From contig OZ219788.1 of the NCBI GenBank assembly GCA_964291285.2, positions 480,001-544,000 on the forward strand: 64,000 bases of DNA. Direction: 5' to 3'. The notes under the pieces were generated by a model. The model made no database searches and had not been told where the DNA came from. It saw nothing but the letters and a program-made list of their open reading frames with translations. The position numbers were made by a program, and so were the translations under genes. This stretch comes from Alphaproteobacteria bacterium (GTDB lineage: Bacteria; Pseudomonadota; Alphaproteobacteria; Bin95). Below, piece by piece: positions 55,577-64,000 of the stretch. The number at the start of each line of letters is the position of its first letter. The first letter of the stretch is position 1.

Positions 55577-55615
55577 CGATGAGCCGCAGTTCCGGAAGGC
55601 TGCGGCCAGCCGCCC

Positions 55616-56662
55616 CTATCCGAGCGCGGGCATGACCTCTTCGGCGATGCGGCGCACGCTGTCGGCGGCCTGTCGCTCGGTGAGGCCGTTGCCGGCATTG
55701 GTCTCGACCATGATGCCGTCGATGTCGAGCGTCTCGCGCCAGCGGCCCAGCGTCTCGACGAGCCGGGCGGGAGAGCCGACGGCGACATAGTGCGCGCGGA
55801 TGTCCTCCCAGGTGAGCGCCGCGAGCCGGGCCGCGGTCGCAGACGCGCCGCCCCTGCCGATGCCCTTCTTCGCGCCCTGGCTCGCCACCAGCCGCGCCTG
55901 GCGCTCGAAATAGTGCACCAGGGTCGGCCGCGCCTCCGCCTCCGCCGCCTCCGGCGTCGCGCCCGCATAGACCGGCACGCGCAGATGCACGGTCGGCCGG
56001 CCCGGATGGCCCGCCGCCGCCCAGGTCTCGCGATAGACGCGGATATTGGCGGCGAGCGGCTCCAGCCCGTCGCCGCGCAGCCCGACGAACAGCGGCAGGC
56101 CGAGCGCGCCCACCTTGGCGAAGGTGGCCGGCGAAGTCGCGGCCATGTACATGGGCGGGTGCGGCTTCTGGTGCACGGGCGGCATCAGCACCGAATCGCG
56201 CACCCGGTAATAGCGGCCCTCATAGGAGAACCGCCCGCCGGCGAAGACGCCGCGCAGCACCTCCAGCGCCTCGTCGAAACGCGCTTCGCTCTCGCCGTAG
56301 TCGATGTCGTAGCCGCGATATTGCGCGACGAAGCCGCTGCGCCCGATGCCGAAATCGAAGCGCCCGCCGCTGATCTGGTCCACCGTCGCCACTTCCTCCG
56401 CGATGCGCAGCGGGTGGGCGAGCGGCAGCACATAGACCGCCATGCCGATCCTGAGCCGCTTCGTGCGCGCGGCCAGCGCCGCCGCCACGGCGATCGGCGA
56501 GGAGAGCACCGAGCGGTCCGGCATGAAGTGGAACTCCGCCAGCCACACCGAGTGCATGCCGAGGCGCTCGGCGAGGTCGGCCAGCGCGAAGCCCTCGCGG
56601 AATATGTCGTCCGGCGCCCGCCCGTTGCGGACCCCGAATTCGAGGAACAGCCCGAATTCCAC
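55616..56662 (-). CDS. LLM-class flavin-dependent oxidoreductase
   Basis: WLAEFHF, LAART, HPLRIAEE.ATVD.ISGGRF.FGIGR. Confidence 0.9.
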   Translation of the reverse strand: MEFGLFLEFGVRNGRAPDDIFREGFALADLAERLGMHSVWLAEFHFMPDRSVLSSPIAVAAALAARTKRLRIGMAVYVLPLAHPLRIAEEVATVDQISGGRFDFGIGRSGFVAQYRGYDIDYGESEARFDEALEVLRGVFAGGRFSYEGRYYRVRDSVLMPPVHQKPHPPMYMAATSPATFAKVGALGLPLFVGLRGDGLEPLAANIRVYRETWAAAGHPGRPTVHLRVPVYAGATPEAAEAEARPTLVHYFERQARLVASQGAKKGIGRGGASATAARLAALTWEDIRAHYVAVGSPARLVETLGRWRETLDIDGIMVETNAGNGLTERQAADSVRRIAEEVMPALG

Positions 56663-56668
56663 GGCCCC

Positions 56669-57799
56669 TCAGCCCCCCAGGAAGGCGGCGCTGCGGGCGC
56701 GGAGCACGGCCCCGGCGTCCGAGACCAGCTCCGCCATGATCTCCGCGGCCGGGCGCACGGCGCGGATCATGCCGATGCCCTGGCCGGCGAAGCCGGGGTT
56801 CACGTCCGCGCGGCCGGCGAGGTTGGCGGCGACCATGACGGGGCGCGAAACGGCACCCTGGTAAGGCATGGGCAGCGGCTCGCGTTCCGGGTCGTTCGCC
56901 CAGAGCTCGGTCCATTTGGAGCGGATGATGCGCGCGGGCTTGCCGGTGACGGAGCGGGAGACGGTGGTGCCCTCCTCGGTCGCATCGACGATGGCCTGCT
57001 TCTGGCCGGGCTCGATGCCGGCCTCGGCCGAGGCGAGGAAGGCCGAGCCGACCCACGCGCCGTCCGCGCCCAGCATCATCGCCGCCGCCACGCCGCGCCC
57101 GTCCGTTATGCCGCCCGCGCCCAGCACCGGCACCCGGCCCTCGACGGCGTCCACCACCTGCGGGATCAGCGCCATGGTGCCGATGGGCGAGTTGTGGCCG
57201 CCGCCGTCATGGCCCTGGGCGACCAGCGCGTCGAGCCCGACGGGCAGCAATTGCCGCGCATGGCGCACCGTGCCGATCACGGCCAGCACCTTCGTGCCGC
57301 GCTCGCGCAGCCGGTCGAGCCAGGCGGCCGGGCTGCCGAGCCCGGAGGCGTAGACCGGCACCGCCTCCTCGATCACCACCTCCATCTGCGCCTCGAAGAA
57401 CTCCTTCGAGAAGAGCGGCGGCCCGTCCCCCCGGGGCCAGATCGCGTCCTCCGGCGCTTCGGGAATGCCTTCCCCGGCCATGAAGGCGCGCGCGCGTTCG
57501 CGGTATTCCGGCACCAGGTCCTGCGGCCGCGGGCGGTTGGAGGGCCAGCCCTTCTGCGCGCCCCGGCGCACCGAGGCCGGCAGCAGGGTATCGACGCCGA
57601 ACGGCTTGTCGGTCAGGTCCCGGCAGCGCGCGATCCACTCCCGCAATTGCGCGGGCCCGAGCGAGGCCGCGCCCATGATGCCGAGCCCGCCCGCATTGGA
57701 GACGGCGGCGGCGAGCTCCGGCGTGCTCGCCCCGCCCATGCCGGCCAGCAGGATCGGGTGTTCGATGCCGAACAGCTCGCAGATCGGCGATTTCAGCAT
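56669..57799 (-). CDS. Nitronate monooxygenase / FabK-family flavoprotein
   Basis: PILLAGMGG, AAVSNAGGLG, QG.DGGGH and AGGITDGRG. Confidence 0.9.
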   Translation of the reverse strand: MLKSPICELFGIEHPILLAGMGGASTPELAAAVSNAGGLGIMGAASLGPAQLREWIARCRDLTDKPFGVDTLLPASVRRGAQKGWPSNRPRPQDLVPEYRERARAFMAGEGIPEAPEDAIWPRGDGPPLFSKEFFEAQMEVVIEEAVPVYASGLGSPAAWLDRLRERGTKVLAVIGTVRHARQLLPVGLDALVAQGHDGGGHNSPIGTMALIPQVVDAVEGRVPVLGAGGITDGRGVAAAMMLGADGAWVGSAFLASAEAGIEPGQKQAIVDATEEGTTVSRSVTGKPARIIRSKWTELWANDPEREPLPMPYQGAVSRPVMVAANLAGRADVNPGFAGQGIGMIRAVRPAAEIMAELVSDAGAVLRARSAAFLGG

Positions 57800-59445
57800 G
57801 CGGCCATGTCCCCCCGGGTTTCCAGCCGGCTGCACGCATCGGCGCGCGGCTTTATACGTTCCTGCGCGTCGGCGCGCAGTTCCACTTTTCGTATCTTCCC
57901 CGATGCGGTCATCGGGAATTCGTCAATGAAGAACACATGCGCCGGAATCTTGAAGCTCGCAACCTTGCCCCGGCACCAGGCGATGACGGTCCCGGCGTCG
58001 AGGCGGCTGCCCGGCTCGCGCTCCACATAGGCGGCGGCGACTTCCGCCAGCCGCTCGTCCGGCGCGCCGACCACGGCGGCCTGGCGGATTTCCGGATGGT
58101 CGAGCAGCAGCCCCTCGACCTCCATCGGATCGACGTTCTCGCCGCCCACCTTGAGCATGTCCTTGTAGCGCCCGAGGAAGCGCATGTAGCCATCCTCGCG
58201 CCACACGGCCATGTCGCCGGTGCGGAACCAGCCGTCCTCCGCATAGCTCTCCGCCGTCTCGGCGGGTTTCTTGTAATAGCCGAGCATCAGGCTGAAGCCG
58301 CGCACCTGCAGTTCTCCCTCGGTGCCGGGCGGGCAGAGGGCGCCGGTTTCGGGATCGACGATGCGCGACTCGTAGCCGGGGGCGGGATAGCCGGAGGTCT
58401 CGGTGCGGCGCTCCAGACCGTCATCGACGGAGCCGACCGTGACGCCGAGCCACACTTCCGTCATGCCGAAGCCGGAGACGGCGCGGAACGGCTTCAAGGT
58501 CTCCGCGCCGCGCCGGCAGACGGGCGTGGCGCTCTTCATGCCGGCGGCGAAGAGGCCGGTGCGCAGGCTGGAGAGGTCGCGCGGGCGGGCCTCCTGGGCC
58601 TCGCAAAGCCCCTTCATGTGCGCCTCGAAGCCGTGCATCACGCTCACGCCCTCGGCCTCGACAAGGTCCAGGCACTCGTCCGGGTCGAAGGTGGCGGTCA
58701 GGATCTGGCGCGCGCCGAAGAGCGGCGACATCAGCGCGCCTTCCGAATAGCCGAAGGCGTGGAACAGCGGCAGGTAGTTCAGGATGGTGTCGCAGACGGT
58801 CAGGCCCAGCTTGAAGCCGCGCTCCTCATTGTTGCGCAGCAGCTTGTGGCTGTGCATCGCGCCCTTGGGGAAGCCGGTGGTGCCGGAGGTGTACATGATG
58901 AACGCCACCGCGTCGGGCGCCACCTCCGCCGCGCGCCGCACAAGCTCCGCCTCCGGCACGGCGCGGCCCGCCTCGAGCGCCGCCCGCCAGTCGGCGAAGC
59001 CGTCATGCGCCGGCCCTTCCGAAACCAGCACGATCCCCCGCAACTCCGGGAAGTCCGCCCGGTCGAGTTCGCGCAGCATGGCGAGGTAGTCCACCGGCCC
59101 CGAGACGTCGTGCGCGACCAGCATGACGCTGTCGGACTGCTTCAGAACATAGGCGAGGTCGCGGGTGCGGAAGCGGGTGTTCACCGGCACGGTGACCGCG
59201 CCGATCTTGGCGAGCGCGAAGTGGACGAACACCCACTCGTCGCAATTGGTGAGCCAGAGCGCGACATGCTCGCCGGGGCCGACGCCGAGGCCGATCAGCG
59301 CGCGCGCCGCCTCGTCCACCTTGTCGGCGGCCTCCCGGAAGGTGTAGCGCCGGTCGCGGTAGACCAGCGCCTCGCGGTCCGGCCAGCGCGCCGCCGCCTC
59401 GTCATAGAGGTCGCCGAAGCGGCGTTTCGGATACCAGTGCTCCAT
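57793..59445 (-). CDS. AMP-binding acyl-CoA synthetase
   Basis: YTSGTTGFPKG, GFGMTE, FRTGD and TASGK. Confidence 0.9.
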   Translation of the reverse strand: MEHWYPKRRFGDLYDEAAARWPDREALVYRDRRYTFREAADKVDEAARALIGLGVGPGEHVALWLTNCDEWVFVHFALAKIGAVTVPVNTRFRTRDLAYVLKQSDSVMLVAHDVSGPVDYLAMLRELDRADFPELRGIVLVSEGPAHDGFADWRAALEAGRAVPEAELVRRAAEVAPDAVAFIMYTSGTTGFPKGAMHSHKLLRNNEERGFKLGLTVCDTILNYLPLFHAFGYSEGALMSPLFGARQILTATFDPDECLDLVEAEGVSVMHGFEAHMKGLCEAQEARPRDLSSLRTGLFAAGMKSATPVCRRGAETLKPFRAVSGFGMTEVWLGVTVGSVDDGLERRTETSGYPAPGYESRIVDPETGALCPPGTEGELQVRGFSLMLGYYKKPAETAESYAEDGWFRTGDMAVWREDGYMRFLGRYKDMLKVGGENVDPMEVEGLLLDHPEIRQAAVVGAPDERLAEVAAAYVEREPGSRLDAGTVIAWCRGKVASFKIPAHVFFIDEFPMTASGKIRKVELRADAQERIKPRADACSRLETRGDMAAC

Positions 59446-59459
59446 GCCCCGCTCCTCCC

Positions 59460-61415
59460 TTACGCCCGGAGTTCCGGCAGGCCGCGGAAAAGCTCCAGCG
59501 CTTCCGGGTTCTCCAGCGCCTCGACATTGGCGACGGGGCGTCCGTGAACCACGTCGCGCACCGCAAGCTCGACGATCTTGCCGGACCGCGTGCGCGGAAT
59601 GTCGGCCACCGGGGCGATCACCGCCGGCACATGGCGCGGCGAGGCGTGCTCGCGGATGCGCCGGCGGATGCGGTCCCGGAGCGCGTCGTCGAACGCCGCA
59701 CCGCCGGCCAGGCGCACGAACAGCACGATGCGCGTGTCGCCCTCCCATTCCTGGCCGATCACCAGCCCTTCCGCCACCTCGTCGAGCTGCTCGACCTGGC
59801 GGTAGATTTCCGCCGTGCCGATGCGCACCCCGCCCGGATTGAGCGTCGCGTCCGAGCGCCCGTAGATCACCATGCCGCCGGTTTCCGACGAGATCGATGC
59901 AAAGTCCCCCTGGCGCCAGACATTGTCCCAGCGGGCGAAATAGGCCTCGCGGTAGCGCGCGCCGTCCGGGTCGTTCCAGAACCCGACCGGCATGGAGGGG
60001 AACGGCCGCGCGCAGACCAGTTCGCCCTTCTCGTCCAGCACGTCCCGGCCCGCGCCGTCGAACACGCGCACATCCATGCCGAGCTGCGGAGCCTGGATTT
60101 CGCCCCGGTGGACCGCGCCCAGCGGGTTGGCACCGACGAAGCAGCCGAGCAGGTCCGTCCCGCCCGACATGGAGCCGACCAGGAGGTCCGCCTTTGCCTT
60201 GCCGTAAAGCCAGTCGAAGCTTTCGGGCGCGAGCGGCGAGCCCGTGGTGAGCACGCTGCGCAGCGCGTCCAGCCGCCGCCCGGCCGCCGGCTCCACCCCC
60301 GCCTTGCGGACCGCGTCCACATATTTGGCCGAGAGGCCGAGATGGGTGATGCCCTCCTCCTCGGCGAAGTCCCAGAGCGCGTCCGGGCCGGGGTGGAAGG
60401 GCGAGCCGTCGAAGAGCATCAACGCCGCCCCGAAGGCGAGGCCGCCGAGCAGCCAGTTCCACATCATCCAGCCGAGCGTGGTGAAGTAGAACACCCGGTC
60501 GCCCTCGCCGACATCGGCGTGCAGACGGTGCTCCTTCAGGTTCATGAGCAGTGCGCCGCCCGTGCCGTGGACGATGCATTTCGGCTTTCCCGTCGTGCCC
60601 GACGAGTAGAGGATGAAGAGCGGCCGGTCGAAGGGACCGCGGTTCCAGGCGATCGGGCCGGGCTCGAAGCCGCCCGCGAATTCCTCCAGCGATACCGTCT
60701 TCGGCACGGCGGCAAGGTCCGGCTCTGCGGCGAGATAGGGGATGACCACGACGGTCTCGACCGTGGGCAGGCCGGCGGCGACCTCGGCGAGCTTCGCGCG
60801 GATGTCGTGGTCGCGGCCCGCATATCTGTAGCCGTCAACGGCGAACAGGATGCGCGGCTCGATCTGGCCGAAGCGGTCGAGCACGCCGGCCGCGCCGAAA
60901 TCCGGCGAGCAGGAGGAGAAGACCGCGCCGAGCGCCGCCGTCGCCGCCATGGCGGCCACCGCTTCCGGCATGTTCGGCAGGAAGGCCGCCACCCGGTCGC
61001 CCTCCTTGATCCCGGCGGCCGCGAGCGCCTGCGAGATACGCGAGGCCTCTTCATGGAGCCGGTCGCGCGGCCAGACGCGCCGGAGCCCGTCCTCGCGCCG
61101 GAAGACGATCGCCGGCGCCTCTCCGCGGAGCCTCAGCAGGTTTTCCGCATAGTTGAGCCGCGCGCGCGGGAAGAAGCGCGCGCCCGGCATGAGATGCCCG
61201 TCCTCGATCCAGGGAGCCGCGCCCTTGTCGCCGACAATGCCGGCGTCGTCCCAGAGCAGGTCCCAGAAGGCCTCCGGCTCTTCGACCGACCAGCGGTGCA
61301 GGGCGGCGTAGTCATTCGCTCCTGCGCCCTTTTCCGTATTGGCCCGCGCCATGAAGGCCGCGATGTTGCTCGCCGCCTTGCGCCGGGCGGAAGGTTCCCA
61401 CAGGAGATCGGACAT
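59460..61415 (-). CDS. Acetoacetate--CoA ligase
   Basis: [32 protein letters not shown] and [20 protein letters not shown]. Confidence 0.9.
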   Translation of the reverse strand: MSDLLWEPSARRKAASNIAAFMARANTEKGAGANDYAALHRWSVEEPEAFWDLLWDDAGIVGDKGAAPWIEDGHLMPGARFFPRARLNYAENLLRLRGEAPAIVFRREDGLRRVWPRDRLHEEASRISQALAAAGIKEGDRVAAFLPNMPEAVAAMAATAALGAVFSSCSPDFGAAGVLDRFGQIEPRILFAVDGYRYAGRDHDIRAKLAEVAAGLPTVETVVVIPYLAAEPDLAAVPKTVSLEEFAGGFEPGPIAWNRGPFDRPLFILYSSGTTGKPKCIVHGTGGALLMNLKEHRLHADVGEGDRVFYFTTLGWMMWNWLLGGLAFGAALMLFDGSPFHPGPDALWDFAEEEGITHLGLSAKYVDAVRKAGVEPAAGRRLDALRSVLTTGSPLAPESFDWLYGKAKADLLVGSMSGGTDLLGCFVGANPLGAVHRGEIQAPQLGMDVRVFDGAGRDVLDEKGELVCARPFPSMPVGFWNDPDGARYREAYFARWDNVWRQGDFASISSETGGMVIYGRSDATLNPGGVRIGTAEIYRQVEQLDEVAEGLVIGQEWEGDTRIVLFVRLAGGAAFDDALRDRIRRRIREHASPRHVPAVIAPVADIPRTRSGKIVELAVRDVVHGRPVANVEALENPEALELFRGLPELRA

Positions 61416-61567
61416 GCTTCACGACTCGGTGACGGAACGGGGCCGGTGCGAACGATAGCCGCTCGCCCGCCGCTGCGAAACCTCGCCGGGCTGCGCGGGC
61501 TGCCGGAGTCACGCCTCCCGTCCCGGCTCGTATGCAGTCCATCCCCTGTCCGCCATGTCTGCCCCTC

Positions 61568-61600
61568 CGTCATGCCCGGACTTGTCCCGGGGTCCATCCA
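61568..61600. repeat. REP-like intergenic palindrome of alphaproteobacterial type (CGTCATGCCCGGACTTGTCCCGGGGTCCATCCA)
   Basis: Resembles the GTCATGCCCGGRCTTGDYCCGGGCATCCA repeat family; single degenerate copy in this window. Confidence 0.5.
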
Positions 61601-61723
61601 TGGCTCGCGACGCCGTCCGCCGCCGTCGCCCCGGATGCCCGCGGGGGAGCCAACGGGCCGGCCTCAGGCGTGAAAGGGCTGTCGGCCATGCGTCATCCGC
61701 ACGACGGACCATGACATCTCATG

Positions 61724-63013
61724 TCATGACACGCCTGGCAGGCCCCCGGGCTTCGGCCCGCCCGCCGCCCAGTCGAGGAGTTGGGCGGTGTGGAGGACGG
61801 GGAGGCGCGTCGCGCCGGCGATCTGCACCATGCAGCCGATATTGCCGGCGGCGACGGCGTCCGGGTGCGTGCTCTCGATATGCGCGGCCTTGCGCTTGCC
61901 GAGGCGCGTGGCGAGTTCCGGCTGCAGCAGGTTGTAGGTGCCGGCGGACCCGCAGCAGATATGGCCCTCGGGCACGGAAAGCGGCTCGAAGCCGGCGGCC
62001 TCCAGCAGGCGCACGGGCAGGTCCGTGATCTTCTGCCCGTGCTGCATGGAGCAGGCCGAGTGGTAGGCGATGCGCAGCTTCGGGACGGCACCGTTCGCCG
62101 CCGGCCTGAAGCCGAGTTCGTCCACCACCTCCGTCAGGTCGCGCGTGCGGGCGGAGATCCAGGCCGCGTTCTCGGCAAGCGCCGGGTCGTTGCGCAGCAT
62201 GTAACCGTAGTCCTTCACCTGCGTGCCGCAGCCCGAGGCGTTGACGACGATGCGGTCCGGCGCCGCGCGCATCCAGGCGCGGACATTGGCCGCCGCCGCC
62301 CGCTTCCCCGCTTCCGCCTGCCCCATATGGTGGACGAGCGCCCCGCAGCAGCCCGCCCCCTCCGCCACGACCACCTCCGCGCCGAGGCGGGTCAGCAGGC
62401 GAACCGTCGCCTCGTTGATGGCGGGGTCGAGCACCGTCTGGGCGCAGCCCGTCAACAGCGCGACGCGCATCTTCCGCTCCCCCTCGGCCGGGAAGGTCTG
62501 CGGGCGGTCCACCGGCGAGGGCGGGGGCAGGCGGCGGGGCGCCATGCCCGCCATCGCGCCGAGCCTGCCCGGCAGGAAGCGCGCGAAGGGCTTCGCCGCC
62601 ATCGCGCCGAGCAGCGCCGCGCGGAAGAGCGCCGGGCGCGGCAGCACGAACGCCAGCAGCCGGCGCAGCCAGCGTTCCGCCGGCGGGCGGGCGAAGGTCC
62701 GCTCGATATGGGCGCGCGCATGGTCCACCAGGTGCATGTAGTTCACGCCGGAGGGGCAGGTGGTCATGCAGGACAGGCAGGAGAGGCAGCGGTCGATATG
62801 GCGCACCGTCAGCGCGTCGGCTGCCCGGTCGTTCTCCAGCATGTCCTTGATGAGGTAGATGCGCCCGCGCGGGCTGTCGAGTTCGTCGCCCAGGAGCTTG
62901 AAGGTCGGGCAGGTGGCGGTGCAGAAGCCGCAATGCACGCAGCGCCTCAGAATCTGCTCGGAGGCCGCGACATCCGGGTCGGCAAGCTGCGCCAGTCTGA
63001 AATTCGTCTGCAT
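61724..63013 (-). CDS. glcF: Glycolate oxidase Fe-S subunit
   Basis: MQTNF...CVHCGFCTATCPT...DSPRGRI...CLSCLSCMTTCPSGV. Confidence 0.93.
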   Translation of the reverse strand: MQTNFRLAQLADPDVAASEQILRRCVHCGFCTATCPTFKLLGDELDSPRGRIYLIKDMLENDRAADALTVRHIDRCLSCLSCMTTCPSGVNYMHLVDHARAHIERTFARPPAERWLRRLLAFVLPRPALFRAALLGAMAAKPFARFLPGRLGAMAGMAPRRLPPPSPVDRPQTFPAEGERKMRVALLTGCAQTVLDPAINEATVRLLTRLGAEVVVAEGAGCCGALVHHMGQAEAGKRAAAANVRAWMRAAPDRIVVNASGCGTQVKDYGYMLRNDPALAENAAWISARTRDLTEVVDELGFRPAANGAVPKLRIAYHSACSMQHGQKITDLPVRLLEAAGFEPLSVPEGHICCGSAGTYNLLQPELATRLGKRKAAHIESTHPDAVAAGNIGCMVQIAGATRLPVLHTAQLLDWAAGGPKPGGLPGVS

Positions 63014-64000
63014 CAGAGGCCCTCGCCCATGCGGCCCGGATTGAGCACGCGCTTCGGGTCGAAGCTCTCCTTCACCCGCCGCGAAAGCGCCGCCAGCGCC
63101 GGCGGCTGCGGGTGGAAGACCGGCTCGGCCGCGCGGACCGCATCGGGCGCGCGCACGCAGGTCGCATGGCCGGCGAGGCCCTCGCGGATAACCGCCCCGT
63201 GCCGGCCCGCCTCCAGCGCCAGCCAGAGGAGCCCGCCCGCCCAGTCGAACAGCCGGCCCGCGATCGGCAGGCCCGCTTCGGCGAGCCTTGCGGCGACCGC
63301 CGCGCCGTCCGCGGGCGCCACGGAGAGCCGCCAGAGCTGCTCGCCCCGCCCCGCGAGCGTGCGCACGTCGCGCACCGCCTCCCAGAAGGCGCGCGAGGCG
63401 GCCTCGGCCAGCACTTCCGCCTCGCCGCCGAACCGGACCAGCACCGACTCGCGCCGGCTCGCCACGGAAACCGCCGGCCCTTCGAGCCGGAGGCCCGTGC
63501 GCCCGCCCTCTTCCGGCGCGTGGGCGAAGCCCGAGACCTCCGCCGTCAGCCCCGACGCCGCGGTCATCAGCGCCACCGCCGCCGCATCGTCCAGGCCCCG
63601 GAACACCACCGTCTCCTCGGTTTCCGGCTTCGGCAGCACCTTGACAGTGATCTCGCTCATCACGCCGAGCGTGCCGTGCGAGCCCGCCATCAGCTTCGAG
63701 AGGTCGTAGCCGGTCACGTTCTTCATCACCCGCCCGCCGGACTTGAAGGGCTCGCCCCGCCCGCTGACGGCGCGGAAGCCGAGCACATGGTCGCGCGCCG
63801 CCCCGGCCTTGATGCGGCGCGGGCCGGAGGCGTTGATGGCGATGGCGCCCCCTATCGTTCCCCGGTCCGCCGGTCCGCCCAGGATGAGGCCGTAATCCGC
63901 CGGCTCAAAGGCAAGCTGCTGGCCCTGCTGGTCGAGCAGGCCCTGGATTTCGCGGAGCGGCGTGCCCGCGCCGGCGGTCAGCACCAGTTCGGCCGGCTCG
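63013..64000 (-). CDS. glcE: Glycolate oxidase FAD subunit (5' end outside the window)
   Basis: GPRR...GAARD, GGRVMKNVTGYDLSKL and FDPKRVLNPGR, directly upstream of glcF. Confidence 0.9.
   Translation of the reverse strand, partial: EPAELVLTAGAGTPLREIQGLLDQQGQQLAFEPADYGLILGGPADRGTIGGAIAINASGPRRIKAGAARDHVLGFRAVSGRGEPFKSGGRVMKNVTGYDLSKLMAGSHGTLGVMSEITVKVLPKPETEETVVFRGLDDAAAVALMTAASGLTAEVSGFAHAPEEGGRTGLRLEGPAVSVASRRESVLVRFGGEAEVLAEAASRAFWEAVRDVRTLAGRGEQLWRLSVAPADGAAVAARLAEAGLPIAGRLFDWAGGLLWLALEAGRHGAVIREGLAGHATCVRAPDAVRAAEPVFHPQPPALAALSRRVKESFDPKRVLNPGRMGEGL

Overview
High-GC bacterial DNA; the core genes (irr, glcEF, bfr/bfd, acetoacetate-CoA ligase) suggest an Alphaproteobacterium. It has two parts. 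(1) Positions ~1-46282 are an accessory, heavily IS-scarred island. It holds an ICE/plasmid leading-region-like operon (MoxR-type AAA ATPase, frameshifted DUF3150-like gene, vWA/metallopeptidase-like gene, long ParB). A defence hotspot follows: an ABC-ATPase-TOPRIM gene, remnants of AlbA/Schlafen and restriction-nuclease genes, and an intact operon encoding a metallo-beta-lactamase-fold protein plus one E2-E1-JAB-patatin fusion polypeptide. The island also has an RTX Ca-binding protein with a 27-bp VNTR and many IS630/IS5/IS21/IS66/IS1634/IS1380 copies or fragments. A ~10 kb element with two tandem tyrosine integrases splits a transposase gene and carries an NrtR-regulated ADP-ribose module. 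An IS21 with Zn-ribbon and primase-like passengers ends the island. (2) Positions 46283-64000 are core-like genes for oxidative stress, iron and metabolism (katG, irr, tauD-like, bfd, bfr, LLM oxidoreductase, nitronate monooxygenase, acyl-CoA ligases, glcF/glcE), plus an orphan terminase-small-subunit-like gene. The best candidate for an undescribed system is the MBL + E2-E1-JAB-patatin operon (12739-17383). All family calls come from reading motifs by eye; no database searches were run.
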